Source of the DNA: an uncultured Opitutales bacterium
GTDB taxonomy: Bacteria; Verrucomicrobiota; Verrucomicrobiia; Opitutales; UBA2987
Assembly: GCA_964542645.1 (NCBI GenBank)
Contig: CAZIUG010000008.1
Location: forward strand, 145,848-209,847
Direction of reading: 5' to 3'
DNA: 64,000 nucleotides
A program made the translations under genes and the position numbers. Below the pieces are notes generated by a model, which saw nothing but the letters and a program-made list of their open reading frames with translations, made no database searches and was not told the origin of the DNA. Each line of letters opens with the position of its first letter. Within the stretch, counting starts at the first letter, position 1. Shown in pieces: positions 9,901-18,854 of the stretch.

Positions 9901-10976
9901 TGATTTACCACTTCGAAAAACTGTTCCATCTCCTTGTCTTCTCCTACAGAAATTCGAAGGAATCCCTCTGTCAATTTGTTACTGCCAAAGTGACGAACCA
10001 AAATTTTCCTCTCCAACAGGTACTCGTATAAACTTACTGCAATCTGCTTACCTGTCTCGCCCAATCTTTGGACTGGCTCCGTAAAAAGGTAATTCGACTG
10101 TGAAGGATATGTAAACCAACCTAATTCGGTGAATTCCAGGTAGCAGCGGTCTCGGGTTTCCTTGGTCTTACGAATCCTTTCTTCGTAGTATTCAACGTCA
10201 GAAAGAGCAGCTAACGCACCGGCTTGACTAAGTCTGTTAACATTATAACTGTCACGTACACGGTCCATATATTCGATTATTTTAGGAGCCGCGATCGCAT
10301 AGCCTACTCTAAGTCCCGCTAATGCATGTGATTTAGATAATGTTCGAACGATAACAAGGTTTTCGAATTCCTTGACCAATGGAAGAGCGCATTCTTCGGC
10401 GAATGCTGCATACGCTTCATCAACAACCAATATGCCACCAAATTTCTTTAACACCTCCCTGATCTCAGCATTCGGAATACCAATCCCAGTTGGTGAATTC
10501 GGAGAATTAAGAAAAAAAAGATTGGCCCCGCTAGCTATTATTCCTGGGGCATCAAATCTCATTTCCCGATCAAACAATACAGAAACCGTTTCTGCCCCCT
10601 GAATTGCAGTAAGAACAGGATAGAGAGAATAACTTGGCACCAACATTCCTACGCGATTCGCAGGCCCAGAAAAACAGCGAACAAGGATGTTGAGTAAATC
10701 ATCCGACCCGTTCCCTACAATTACACGTTCCATCTCCAGCGAGTTAGTTTTGGCAATTGCAGCGCGCAATTTAAGACTTCGGGGATCAGGATATAAAGGA
10801 AGATTAGAGATTTCGGATCTTATCGCTTGTTCTACCCTGGGACTGGGTAAAAATGGACTCTCATTCGTATTAAGCTTTAACCAATCTTCTCCTTCGGGTT
10901 GGACCCCAGGAGTGTATGCATCAACACTCTTAAGGTGTGGAAGGACAGGAATTAAAAACTTCGATAGATCAGACAT
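9882..10976 (-). CDS. hisC: Histidinol-phosphate aminotransferase
   Basis: 364 aa, class-II aminotransferase. PLP-lysine context [17 protein letters not shown]. Sits between hisD and hisB. Confidence 0.9.
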   Translation of the reverse strand: MSDLSKFLIPVLPHLKSVDAYTPGVQPEGEDWLKLNTNESPFLPSPRVEQAIRSEISNLPLYPDPRSLKLRAAIAKTNSLEMERVIVGNGSDDLLNILVRCFSGPANRVGMLVPSYSLYPVLTAIQGAETVSVLFDREMRFDAPGIIASGANLFFLNSPNSPTGIGIPNAEIREVLKKFGGILVVDEAYAAFAEECALPLVKEFENLVIVRTLSKSHALAGLRVGYAIAAPKIIEYMDRVRDSYNVNRLSQAGALAALSDVEYYEERIRKTKETRDRCYLEFTELGWFTYPSQSNYLFTEPVQRLGETGKQIAVSLYEYLLERKILVRHFGSNKLTEGFLRISVGEDKEMEQFFEVVNQWLRNG

Positions 10977-10986
10977 CAGGAAAATC

Positions 10987-12306
10987 TTACCCTCTATCCA
11001 ATTCTCTACGCTCGTTTTGAAAGCGAATTCTTAGTGAATTTCTATGTCCGTCGAGCTGTTCCATTTGACTAAATGCTTCGACTGTTTCACGAGCCCGCTT
11101 CAAACAGCTCTCGTCGTACTCGACTATACTGGTCCGACGGAAAAAGTCCGATAATCTTAGGCCACTCATAAAGCGTCCGGAACCCCCTGTTGGCAATACA
11201 TGACTCGGCCCCGCAGTAAAATCTCCCAAGACAGTTGGAGTTTGATTTCCGAGAAAAATAGCACCCGCATTATGAATGCCACTCACAAGTCGATCCCATT
11301 TAGATCGTTTAGTGTGGATCTCGAGATGTTCTGGGGCAATTCGATTTGCAACCTTAACCGCTTGATGAATGCGATCGACCAAAATTACTAGAAATTCTTT
11401 TCCCAAAACAGCTTCTACAGTTTCTCTATTCCTTAGATGTTTAACCTGGCTCTTGATCTCAATTATAACCGCATCTAATAATCTCTTACTTGAAGTAACA
11501 AGAAAGACCCGCCCCCCAAGTCCATGCTCAGCTTGGGCAATAAGGTCAGCAGCCACCCAATCAGCCCGAGCATCTCCATCTGCGATTATCATCACCTCGC
11601 TAGGTCCTGGTAGCAAATCAACTCCGATCTCCCCAAAGACCTGTCGCTTCGCTTCGATGACATAGGCATTCCCAGGCCCAAATATCTTGCATACCGGCCT
11701 AATCGATTCGGTTCCGTAAGCCATTGCACCAACGGCAGGAACACCCGCCATTCGATAGACCTCCTTTACTTGACATAGAGCCATCGCAGCAAGAAGTCGC
11801 CGGTGGACCGATCCATTTTTCTGCGGTGGAGTGAAGATTGCAACTTCACGAATTCCCGCGATATTCGCCAAAGAAGCCGTCATAATGACCGTAGAGACTA
11901 AAGGAACAACGCCTCCAGGAATCCAAATCCCAATCCTTTCAAGGGGCGAGAAAGCCTCTCCAACCCGAGCCCCATGAAGATTCTTCCCACTCCAGTCTTG
12001 AGGAAAATTTCGCCGATGAAACTCCTCTACGCAACTAATGGCTTCCATTATCGCTTTTCGATCGTTTTGGGGAAGCGATTTCATTGCCCGTTCCATCATA
12101 CTCAAGGGAACACGGAGTCCCCGTCCAGCAAGATCCACTCCATCAATCTTTGCCGTGTATTCCAGTATTGAAGAGTCACCTTTCCTTTGCACGTTTTTAA
12201 GAATCGAACCTACTACGGACTTAATGTCTCGGTTGGATTCTGGTCGGCTGCAAAAGCGCTTTACCTCCTCCTCAAAATGTTTTGACGGATATTTGACAAT
12301 ACGCAT
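10987..12306 (-). CDS. hisD: Histidinol dehydrogenase
   Basis: About 439 aa with motifs DLIAQAEHG and GDFTAGPSHVLPTGG. ATG at 12306 is taken; an adjacent GTG at 12309 is also possible. Confidence 0.93.
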   Translation of the reverse strand: MRIVKYPSKHFEEEVKRFCSRPESNRDIKSVVGSILKNVQRKGDSSILEYTAKIDGVDLAGRGLRVPLSMMERAMKSLPQNDRKAIMEAISCVEEFHRRNFPQDWSGKNLHGARVGEAFSPLERIGIWIPGGVVPLVSTVIMTASLANIAGIREVAIFTPPQKNGSVHRRLLAAMALCQVKEVYRMAGVPAVGAMAYGTESIRPVCKIFGPGNAYVIEAKRQVFGEIGVDLLPGPSEVMIIADGDARADWVAADLIAQAEHGLGGRVFLVTSSKRLLDAVIIEIKSQVKHLRNRETVEAVLGKEFLVILVDRIHQAVKVANRIAPEHLEIHTKRSKWDRLVSGIHNAGAIFLGNQTPTVLGDFTAGPSHVLPTGGSGRFMSGLRLSDFFRRTSIVEYDESCLKRARETVEAFSQMEQLDGHRNSLRIRFQNERRELDRG

Positions 12307-12601
12307 CACCGATGGGTTCCATCGGAGGGAGCATTCTAGCGCAAGTCAATTATGGAAATTTTTTAAATTTTTTATCTTCTCGCATATGGAGGTCTCGCTA
12401 GAAATCATTAACTACCGTCCACCCAAAATCATCTCAGTCCTCTATTATCTGCTGATGTTTTATAGGACAACTTGGGATTATTTTATATTCCCAGAAAAGC
12501 CATCGGCATTACTCACAGCTTCTAATCGCCCAATGTACTCGATAGTTCTAACAGCTTTAATGTGACCCTCTTCGCCCAAATACTGTCTTTATTCCTGACA
12601 T

Positions 12602-12620
12602 AAAACTCCAACAGAGGAGT
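12602..12620 (-). terminator. Weak hairpin plus U-run downstream of guaA (candidate intrinsic terminator)
   Basis: Minus-strand RNA reads ACUCC-UCUGUU-GGAGU followed by UUUUAU, about 55 nt after the guaA stop. The stem is only 5 bp. Confidence 0.3.
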
Positions 12621-12674
12621 GGGACTTTTCCTTGGCCTTTTCTCCGAAATTTGAAGAAAACTAAAAATTAAATC

Positions 12675-14213
12675 TCATTCCCACTCAATAGTACTGGGCG
12701 GCTTTGAACTAATATCCAAACAGACACGATTCACCCCTGGAACTTCATTGATGATCCGTGTAGAAATCTTTTGCAAGAGATCATATGGAAGACGGACCCA
12801 GTCCACCGTCATCGCATCAAGACTCTCGACGACACGGAGGGCGATGACATTCTCGTAGGTCCTCTCGTCCCCCATTACTCCAACCGTTCGAACTGGAAGA
12901 AATACCGCGAAAGCCTGCCAAATCTTTTCGTAAAATCCCGCTCTTCGAATTTCCTCCAAAAGGATTGAGTCTGCATTCCTAAGAATCTCTAGTCGGCCTT
13001 CCGTGATTTCCCCAATGACCCTTATCGCAAGACCGGGCCCCGGGAAGGGATGACGGTCCAGAACCATAGCCGACAATCCCAATTCACGCCCTAGTCGACG
13101 CACTTCATCCTTGAAGAGTTCTCTCAGTGGCTCCAGGAGTCTGAGCTTCATGTTTTTCGGCAGCCCCCCCACATTGTGATGACTTTTGATGAGAGAAGCT
13201 GGGTTTCCACCAATCGGTACGCTCTCAATCACATCCGGATACAACGTTCCCTGTGCAAGAAAGGTAACCCCTTTCATACTGTTTAACTGTGATTCAAAAA
13301 CCTCAACAAAAGTCTTTCCAATAATTTTCCGCTTCCTCTCTGGATCTGTGACTCCCTTCAACCGATTTAGGAACTTTTGTTCCGCTCTAACCGTTTGCAA
13401 ATCGAACTCAAAACTCTCCCGAAATAGCTTTTCTACCTCGGTTCGTTCATTCTGCCTCAGAAGACCGTTATCAATAAATACACAGCGCAACTGCCTGCCG
13501 ATCGCTTGGTGAATTAAAACTGCTGCCACCGAGGAGTCGACTCCTCCGCTGAGGCCAAGAATGACATGTTCTTGACCAACAGTTTCCCGGATATCTTTGA
13601 TCGACGATTCAATGAAACTAGCCATTGTCCAATCACTTACGCAGTTGCAAATCCTAAACAGGAAATTCTTTAAGATTTCACTCCCCTCATCAGTATGGGA
13701 CACCTCCGGATGAAATTGTAGACCATATATACGCTTTTCTTCGTTCCCTATGACCGCGTATTTAGAATTTTCAGTCTCGGCAAACACCTCAAATCCATCA
13801 GGCATCTCTATCAACTTGTCACCGTGAGAATTCCAAACGCGTATACCATCCTTTATCCCGCATAGGATCGAACCTTTATTAGAGATACAAAGATTTCCTC
13901 GTCCATATTCCCTCTGAAGGCTCTGCTCGACCTTACCCCCTAATTTCGAACCAATTAACTGCAACCCATAGCAGATCCCCAAGATAGGTATACCGAGATC
14001 AAAAAGAGACCTATCGGGAAGAGGTGCATCTTTTGCCAACACACTAGCAGGCCCACCCGAAAGAATAATTCCCTTTACTCCCTCACTCTTCAATTCTCTC
14101 GCTGTAGTAGCGAAGGGAAAAATCTTGGAGTACACTCGAAGATCTCGAACTCGTCTCGCAATTACCTGAGTATACTGCGATCCAAAATCAAGGACGGCTA
14201 TAGTCTGTGACAT
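12675..14213 (-). CDS. guaA: GMP synthase (glutamine-hydrolysing)
   Basis: 512 aa. GATase Cys [10 protein letters not shown]-loop [13 protein letters not shown]-terminal PPSTIEWE. Confidence 0.95.
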   Translation of the reverse strand: MSQTIAVLDFGSQYTQVIARRVRDLRVYSKIFPFATTARELKSEGVKGIILSGGPASVLAKDAPLPDRSLFDLGIPILGICYGLQLIGSKLGGKVEQSLQREYGRGNLCISNKGSILCGIKDGIRVWNSHGDKLIEMPDGFEVFAETENSKYAVIGNEEKRIYGLQFHPEVSHTDEGSEILKNFLFRICNCVSDWTMASFIESSIKDIRETVGQEHVILGLSGGVDSSVAAVLIHQAIGRQLRCVFIDNGLLRQNERTEVEKLFRESFEFDLQTVRAEQKFLNRLKGVTDPERKRKIIGKTFVEVFESQLNSMKGVTFLAQGTLYPDVIESVPIGGNPASLIKSHHNVGGLPKNMKLRLLEPLRELFKDEVRRLGRELGLSAMVLDRHPFPGPGLAIRVIGEITEGRLEILRNADSILLEEIRRAGFYEKIWQAFAVFLPVRTVGVMGDERTYENVIALRVVESLDAMTVDWVRLPYDLLQKISTRIINEVPGVNRVCLDISSKPPSTIEWE

Positions 14214-14305
14214 TAGGGACTAGGAACCTATCAATCGTTTTCCTGAAATTACTCTTTCAACTCAAATCAAACCCACCCCGGGCAATGAGAAAAGGCAAAA
14301 GTCCC

Positions 14306-14539
14306 CTAAAATCTGATTCGCGAATTCTCGTATCCACAACGGGTACATCTCGCTACTTCAGTCTCCTTCTTTTCTGTGAAAAGCTGCCCACACTTTAGGC
14401 AGTGAAAAATTACCCTAATCCTCTCCGCCTCGTAGAGGTGCTTATCTCTTTGGTCATAGAAAACCCACAACCCAAAAATTATCAAAATTCCAATAAGCAA
14501 ATAAATTTGAACAGAAAACTCAAAGCCTAGCTGTCCCAT
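14306..14539 (-). CDS. Small membrane-anchored zinc-ribbon-like protein (77 aa), uncharacterised
   Basis: The ATG shares one base with the rplQ stop (TAATG on the minus strand at 14537-14541). One hydrophobic helix FSVQIYLLIGILIIFGLWVFY is followed by CLKC-x14-CTRC. Confidence 0.55.
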   Translation of the reverse strand: MGQLGFEFSVQIYLLIGILIIFGLWVFYDQRDKHLYEAERIRVIFHCLKCGQLFTEKKETEVARCTRCGYENSRIRF

Positions 14540-15117
14540 TACTTTTTGGCTCCTGACTTTTCTGCACCGTCTGCTGAACCTATATCATCTGTACTAGCGG
14601 AAGTTTCTTCATTCGAAACGGTAACTCCCGTCTCATTATCATCGGATTTGTTCTCCGCCGTTTCCAAGGCCTTCCCCTCATCACCCGGCATATCACTCTT
14701 TTTCTTCCTTTTTTTGCTGGAATTCTGATAGCCTTCATCTGCCGCTCCAATGAGCTCGATAATAGCCATCTCCGCTCCATCCCCTATCCTTTTCCCAAGC
14801 TTGTATATTCGAGTATATCCTCCGTTTCGGTCCACAAACTCATTTACCCTCTCTTCGAACAAAACATGTGCAGCTCCTTTATTTCGTATTCGCGATATCG
14901 TCAACCGACGTAAATAAAGAGCACGCTCAGGCGAGGCCTTTTGCGCCCTTTTTGCAAAAGTAATCAACTTTTCCGCAAAAGGTCGAAGCGCCTTCGCTTT
15001 TACCAGTGTCGTCTCGATTCGGGCATGTTCGAAAAGAGCTGAAGCCAAATTCCCCATAATAGCCTGACGATGCGCCTTCGTTACACCAAGCTGTTGGTTA
15101 TGTTTGCGATGCCTCAT
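14539..15117 (-). CDS. rplQ: 50S ribosomal protein L17 with a ~69-aa acidic low-complexity C-terminal extension
   Basis: MRHRKHNQQLGVTKAHRQAIMGNLA...GGYTRIYKLGKRIGDGAEMAIIELI is the L17 core (aa 1-123). The tail is AADEGYQNSSKKRKKKSD...GAEKSGAKK. Confidence 0.93.
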   Translation of the reverse strand: MRHRKHNQQLGVTKAHRQAIMGNLASALFEHARIETTLVKAKALRPFAEKLITFAKRAQKASPERALYLRRLTISRIRNKGAAHVLFEERVNEFVDRNGGYTRIYKLGKRIGDGAEMAIIELIGAADEGYQNSSKKRKKKSDMPGDEGKALETAENKSDDNETGVTVSNEETSASTDDIGSADGAEKSGAKK

Positions 15118-15182
15118 CTTCCTTTTCCTCTTCCCAGGTTGGTTACAAGAACCTTAAATTACTACAGACAGTTGGTTGGTCT

Positions 15183-16190
15183 TCAAGCTGGGACATCGCT
15201 TCGCACCTCCAATAGGCGTTCGTCGATTTTCATTCCTAGCGAAAGCCCAAGCTGCTCAAGTTTTGCCTTAATCTCATTTAAGGACTTTTTTCCAAAATTC
15301 CTGTACTTCAACATCTCCTGTTCTGTTTTCATAGAGAGCTCGCCAACAGTAGTGATATTAGCGTTGTTCAAACAATTTGCAGCTCTTACCGAAAGCTCGA
15401 TCTCATTAACACTCATATTAAGAAGATTACGAAGCTTATTCTGCTCCTCGCTTACTTCGGCCTCTTCTCTTTCAAATGCTATCGACTCCTCGCTTACACT
15501 ATCGAAAACATCAAGATGCAGCTTGATAATCGCAGCCGCTTGCTTCAATGCATCATCCGGAGAAATGCGGCCGTCCGTCCAAATCTCTAAAATGAGCTTA
15601 TCGAAATCAGTCATCTGACCAACTCGGGTGTTATCAATAGTATATTTGACCAATCTAACCGGGCTGAAAAGCGAATCAATGGGGATCATTCCAATCGGTT
15701 GATCCTCCGATTTATTTTCCTCCCCAGGACAATAACCACGACCTACCCGGATCTCCAATTCTGCTAGAAATCGCCGCTTCTGATCAACCGTACAAATAAC
15801 CTGTTTCGGATTAACGATCTCAATATTGGCGTCCGGTTGAATATCCGCTGCCGTTATAGGTCCCGCTTTCTCAACATCAACCAATAGCTTTATCGGCTCT
15901 CTCTTATGAGAACGAATTAACACCTTTTTAAGATTGAGGACAATGTCAGTGACATCTTCTTCAACACCCTCCAGGCTCTGGAATTCGTGATCAACTCCCT
16001 CAATACTGACTGAAGATATCGCAGCTCCTTCAATCGAGCTCAGCAACACGCGTCGCAAAGAGTTTCCAATCGTGTGGCCATATCCGGTTTCAAAAGGCTC
16101 GGCCACAAAGCGACCATAAGTCTCGGATGAGACTTCATCGTCTTTTATCAATCTGTTCGGTAATTCGAATTTTCCTAATCGTTGAGGCAT
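15183..16190 (-). CDS. rpoA: DNA-directed RNA polymerase subunit alpha
   Basis: 335 aa. GHTIGNSLRRVLLSS in the NTD and ELSVRAANCLNNANITTVGEL in the CTD. Sits between rpsD and rplQ. Confidence 0.95.
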   Translation of the reverse strand: MPQRLGKFELPNRLIKDDEVSSETYGRFVAEPFETGYGHTIGNSLRRVLLSSIEGAAISSVSIEGVDHEFQSLEGVEEDVTDIVLNLKKVLIRSHKREPIKLLVDVEKAGPITAADIQPDANIEIVNPKQVICTVDQKRRFLAELEIRVGRGYCPGEENKSEDQPIGMIPIDSLFSPVRLVKYTIDNTRVGQMTDFDKLILEIWTDGRISPDDALKQAAAIIKLHLDVFDSVSEESIAFEREEAEVSEEQNKLRNLLNMSVNEIELSVRAANCLNNANITTVGELSMKTEQEMLKYRNFGKKSLNEIKAKLEQLGLSLGMKIDERLLEVRSDVPA

Positions 16191-16315
16191 GACTTTCTAA
16201 GGTTCTGATTATTCGCTATCTTATTTGTCGATTAAATCAAAATGGGCCGATCCCAATCTGTGAGGATACTCCGGAGTGGCTAGAGTTCAAGAGGTCGAAT
16301 TAAGCTCCCTCACGA

Positions 16316-16924
16316 CTAACGGCTGTAGAATTCAACGATGAGCTGTACATTAACACCAGGCTCAATCTCATCCTCTGAAGGAAGACGGCTAACCCTTGCT
16401 CGGAGTGAGTCTTCGTGGCAATCAAGCCATGAAGGTGGTGTCCGAACGCGAGAGTCTTCGAGACTTCGGGTCGCCAGTTGCCGTGAGGAAGTACTGGCAT
16501 TCACCTCAATCTCATCGCCAGCCTTAACCACGCAACTCGGGATATCCACCTTATGTCCATTCAATCTTATATGTCCGTGATTAACAAACTGCCTTGCCTG
16601 ACGCCTTGTCTTTGAAAATCCAAGAAGATACACAACATTGTCCAATCTTGTCTCTAGCATCTGAAGGAAGATATCTCCAGTTACTCCGCGTTTATTCTTT
16701 GCTCGATCAAAGCAAATCCTGAACTGTTTTTCAGTCATTCCGTACATAAAGCGGAGCTTCTGCTTTTCGTTCAAGCCCTCCGAGAAATCACTAGCCTTTC
16801 TTCGATGACGCTGCCCGTGCTCCCCTGGGAGATAGGGCTTCCTTTCAAAGGCTTTGTTTGGCGGAAAGATCGCCATTCCAAAACGCCTATTGATTCGAGT
16901 AGTTGGTCCTGTGTAACGCGACAT
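16316..16924 (-). CDS. rpsD: 30S ribosomal protein S4
   Basis: MSRYTGPTTRINRRFG start, S4 RNA-binding domain, alpha-operon position. Confidence 0.95.
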   Translation of the reverse strand: MSRYTGPTTRINRRFGMAIFPPNKAFERKPYLPGEHGQRHRRKASDFSEGLNEKQKLRFMYGMTEKQFRICFDRAKNKRGVTGDIFLQMLETRLDNVVYLLGFSKTRRQARQFVNHGHIRLNGHKVDIPSCVVKAGDEIEVNASTSSRQLATRSLEDSRVRTPPSWLDCHEDSLRARVSRLPSEDEIEPGVNVQLIVEFYSR

Positions 16925-16969
16925 TATCTATCAACCCTTTAGATTCATAACCCATTTCCGCAGGTTAAA

Positions 16970-17584
16970 TTACACACGCCTCCTCTTGGGAGGACGGCAT
17001 CCGTTATGTGGGACGGGAGTCACATCAATAATTGAAAGCACATTTAATCCTAAGGCCTGCAGAGATCGAATGGCCGAATCACGGCCCATTCCCGGTCCTC
17101 TAACCCTCACTTCGACGTCCCGCAAACCATGGCCCATGGCTACCCTACCCGCATCCTGCGTCACAACCTGAGCCGCGTAAGCAGTCGACTTCCGGGAACC
17201 TCTGAAACCGCATTTTCCGGCACTCGACCAGGAAATAACGTTTCCAGTTTGATCACTAATAGTAACCTTGGTATTGTTAAAAGTTGCCAATATATGCACC
17301 ACTCCGGAAGAGATATTCTTACTCCCTTTGGCACGCCGGATTTTGATATCATCTAAATCATCCTTTAGGAGATCAGCTCCAGTCTGCTCCTTTGATTGCT
17401 CTTTGGGTTTCTCTTCGGATTTTATAGATTCGGGACCAGCCTTAACCGGCTCCACATTTTCTCCGTTTTGGCCCCCATCACCGCCTTGACCTCCCTGCTT
17501 TAGAAGGCTCTTATCGACTTTCGAACCGGCCTCGGACGCACCCTCTTGAGGCTCCTCGGCCTTCTCGTTTTTCTCCTCCGTCAT
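16970..17584 (-). CDS. rpsK: 30S ribosomal protein S11 with a ~75-aa low-complexity N-terminal extension
   Basis: The C-terminal ~130 aa is the S11 core ([22 protein letters not shown]...[18 protein letters not shown]). The ATG lies 9 nt after the rpsM stop, and the in-frame upstream part is E/K/G/Q-rich. Confidence 0.9.
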   Translation of the reverse strand: MTEEKNEKAEEPQEGASEAGSKVDKSLLKQGGQGGDGGQNGENVEPVKAGPESIKSEEKPKEQSKEQTGADLLKDDLDDIKIRRAKGSKNISSGVVHILATFNNTKVTISDQTGNVISWSSAGKCGFRGSRKSTAYAAQVVTQDAGRVAMGHGLRDVEVRVRGPGMGRDSAIRSLQALGLNVLSIIDVTPVPHNGCRPPKRRRV

Positions 17585-17593
17585 CCTACAAAC

Positions 17594-17974
17594 TTAAATT
17601 GTTGCCTTCTTAATAATCCCTACTGTCTTTGGCTTTCCCTTCCGGGTTCGTGCATTACATTGAGTCCTCTGTCCTCGTACAGGTAAACCCCGCCTGTGTC
17701 GCAGCCCACGATAGCAGTTAATCGCCTGTAAGCGTTTCAGATTGGAAGCAATGTCACGCCTCAAATCACCTTCGATTGCAAATTGATGTTCATTAATTTC
17801 CGCCGTGATTTTAGTTAGATCCTCCTCAGTGAGATCACTTGCCCTTCTATCAGAATCTAACCCCAAAGAAGCTACTATTGCATCAGCCCGTGCAGGACCG
17901 ATTCCATAGATGTAACGAAGGGCGTAGGGTAGTTTCTTACCACCCGGAATATCAACTCCAAGAAGACGAGGCAT
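17594..17974 (-). CDS. rpsM: 30S ribosomal protein S13
   Basis: MPRLLGVDIPGGKKLPYALRYIYGIGPARA start, 126 aa. Confidence 0.95.
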   Translation of the reverse strand: MPRLLGVDIPGGKKLPYALRYIYGIGPARADAIVASLGLDSDRRASDLTEEDLTKITAEINEHQFAIEGDLRRDIASNLKRLQAINCYRGLRHRRGLPVRGQRTQCNARTRKGKPKTVGIIKKATI

Positions 17975-18051
17975 AAAAAATTTTAGGGTAATTAAATAAA
18001 GAGGAATCTGACAAATTAGTCAGAAAAGCGAAAAAGGATGACACTAAGAAG

Positions 18052-18834
18052 CTATTTTTTCACCAATGTCAATATTTCAGGTTCATTCTCGGTAACGAGG
18101 ACAGTATGCTCAAAATGAGCGGAAGGCTTACGATCCCTGGTTATTGCAGTCCAACCATCATCTGCCATTTCGACCTCGGGCCTACCAAGGTTTACCATTG
18201 GTTCAATTGCGAGTGCCATCTTTGGTTTTAACCGTTTCCCGGTACCAGGCTCACCAAAATTGGGAATCTGAGGTTCCTCATGCATAGAACGCCCCACCCC
18301 ATGCCCAACAAAATCCCTAACAATCCCAAAATTCATTGGCTCAATGAACCGCTCAACGGCGTGGGAAATATCACCTACCCGATTCCCCGATCGAGCCATT
18401 TCGATCCCTTTATATAGAGCTGCCTCAGTAGTTGAAACTAGAGTCTGAAGATCGGAACTTGCCTCCCCAAGTAATATGGTACGGGCATTGTCTCCGATAA
18501 ATCCCTGATAAATAACTGTAACATCAATAGTTACCATATCACATATTCTGAGTATTCGCTTCAAGGAACCAATCCCATGGACAACCTCCTCATTTACAGA
18601 AATGCAGGTATAGGCGGGGAAACACCGATTACCTATTCGGTAGTTATAACAGGCACTGACTGCTCCATAACTATCAATCAGTTTTTTACCTTCTTGATCA
18701 ATTTCGTAAGTACTAATTCCCGGTTCGGTAAGACAGATCAACCTGTCGAGAACCATCGCAGCAATTTGGCACGCCTCCCGCATCCTACTGATCTCCTGGA
18801 GACTCTTTATCGGTATTGCCGAGTTTCTTAACAT
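18052..18834 (-). CDS. map: Methionine aminopeptidase type I
   Basis: ATG at 18834 (MLRNSAIPIKSLQEISRMREACQ...) lies 20 nt after the secY stop; the longer track ORF to 18927 would overlap secY. Metal-site contexts FIGDNARTI, HGVGRSMHEEP, FEHTVLVTE. Confidence 0.9.
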   Translation of the reverse strand: MLRNSAIPIKSLQEISRMREACQIAAMVLDRLICLTEPGISTYEIDQEGKKLIDSYGAVSACYNYRIGNRCFPAYTCISVNEEVVHGIGSLKRILRICDMVTIDVTVIYQGFIGDNARTILLGEASSDLQTLVSTTEAALYKGIEMARSGNRVGDISHAVERFIEPMNFGIVRDFVGHGVGRSMHEEPQIPNFGEPGTGKRLKPKMALAIEPMVNLGRPEVEMADDGWTAITRDRKPSAHFEHTVLVTENEPEILTLVKK

Positions 18835-18854
18835 ACCCTGCAAGGCTAACTCCC

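Noticed and set aside
12038-12565. A 175-aa plus-strand ORF spanning the hisD start and most of the guaA-hisD spacer.
   Set aside because: It starts antisense inside hisD, has no recognisable domain and has odd composition. The intergenic part alone would be under 60 aa with no convincing start context.
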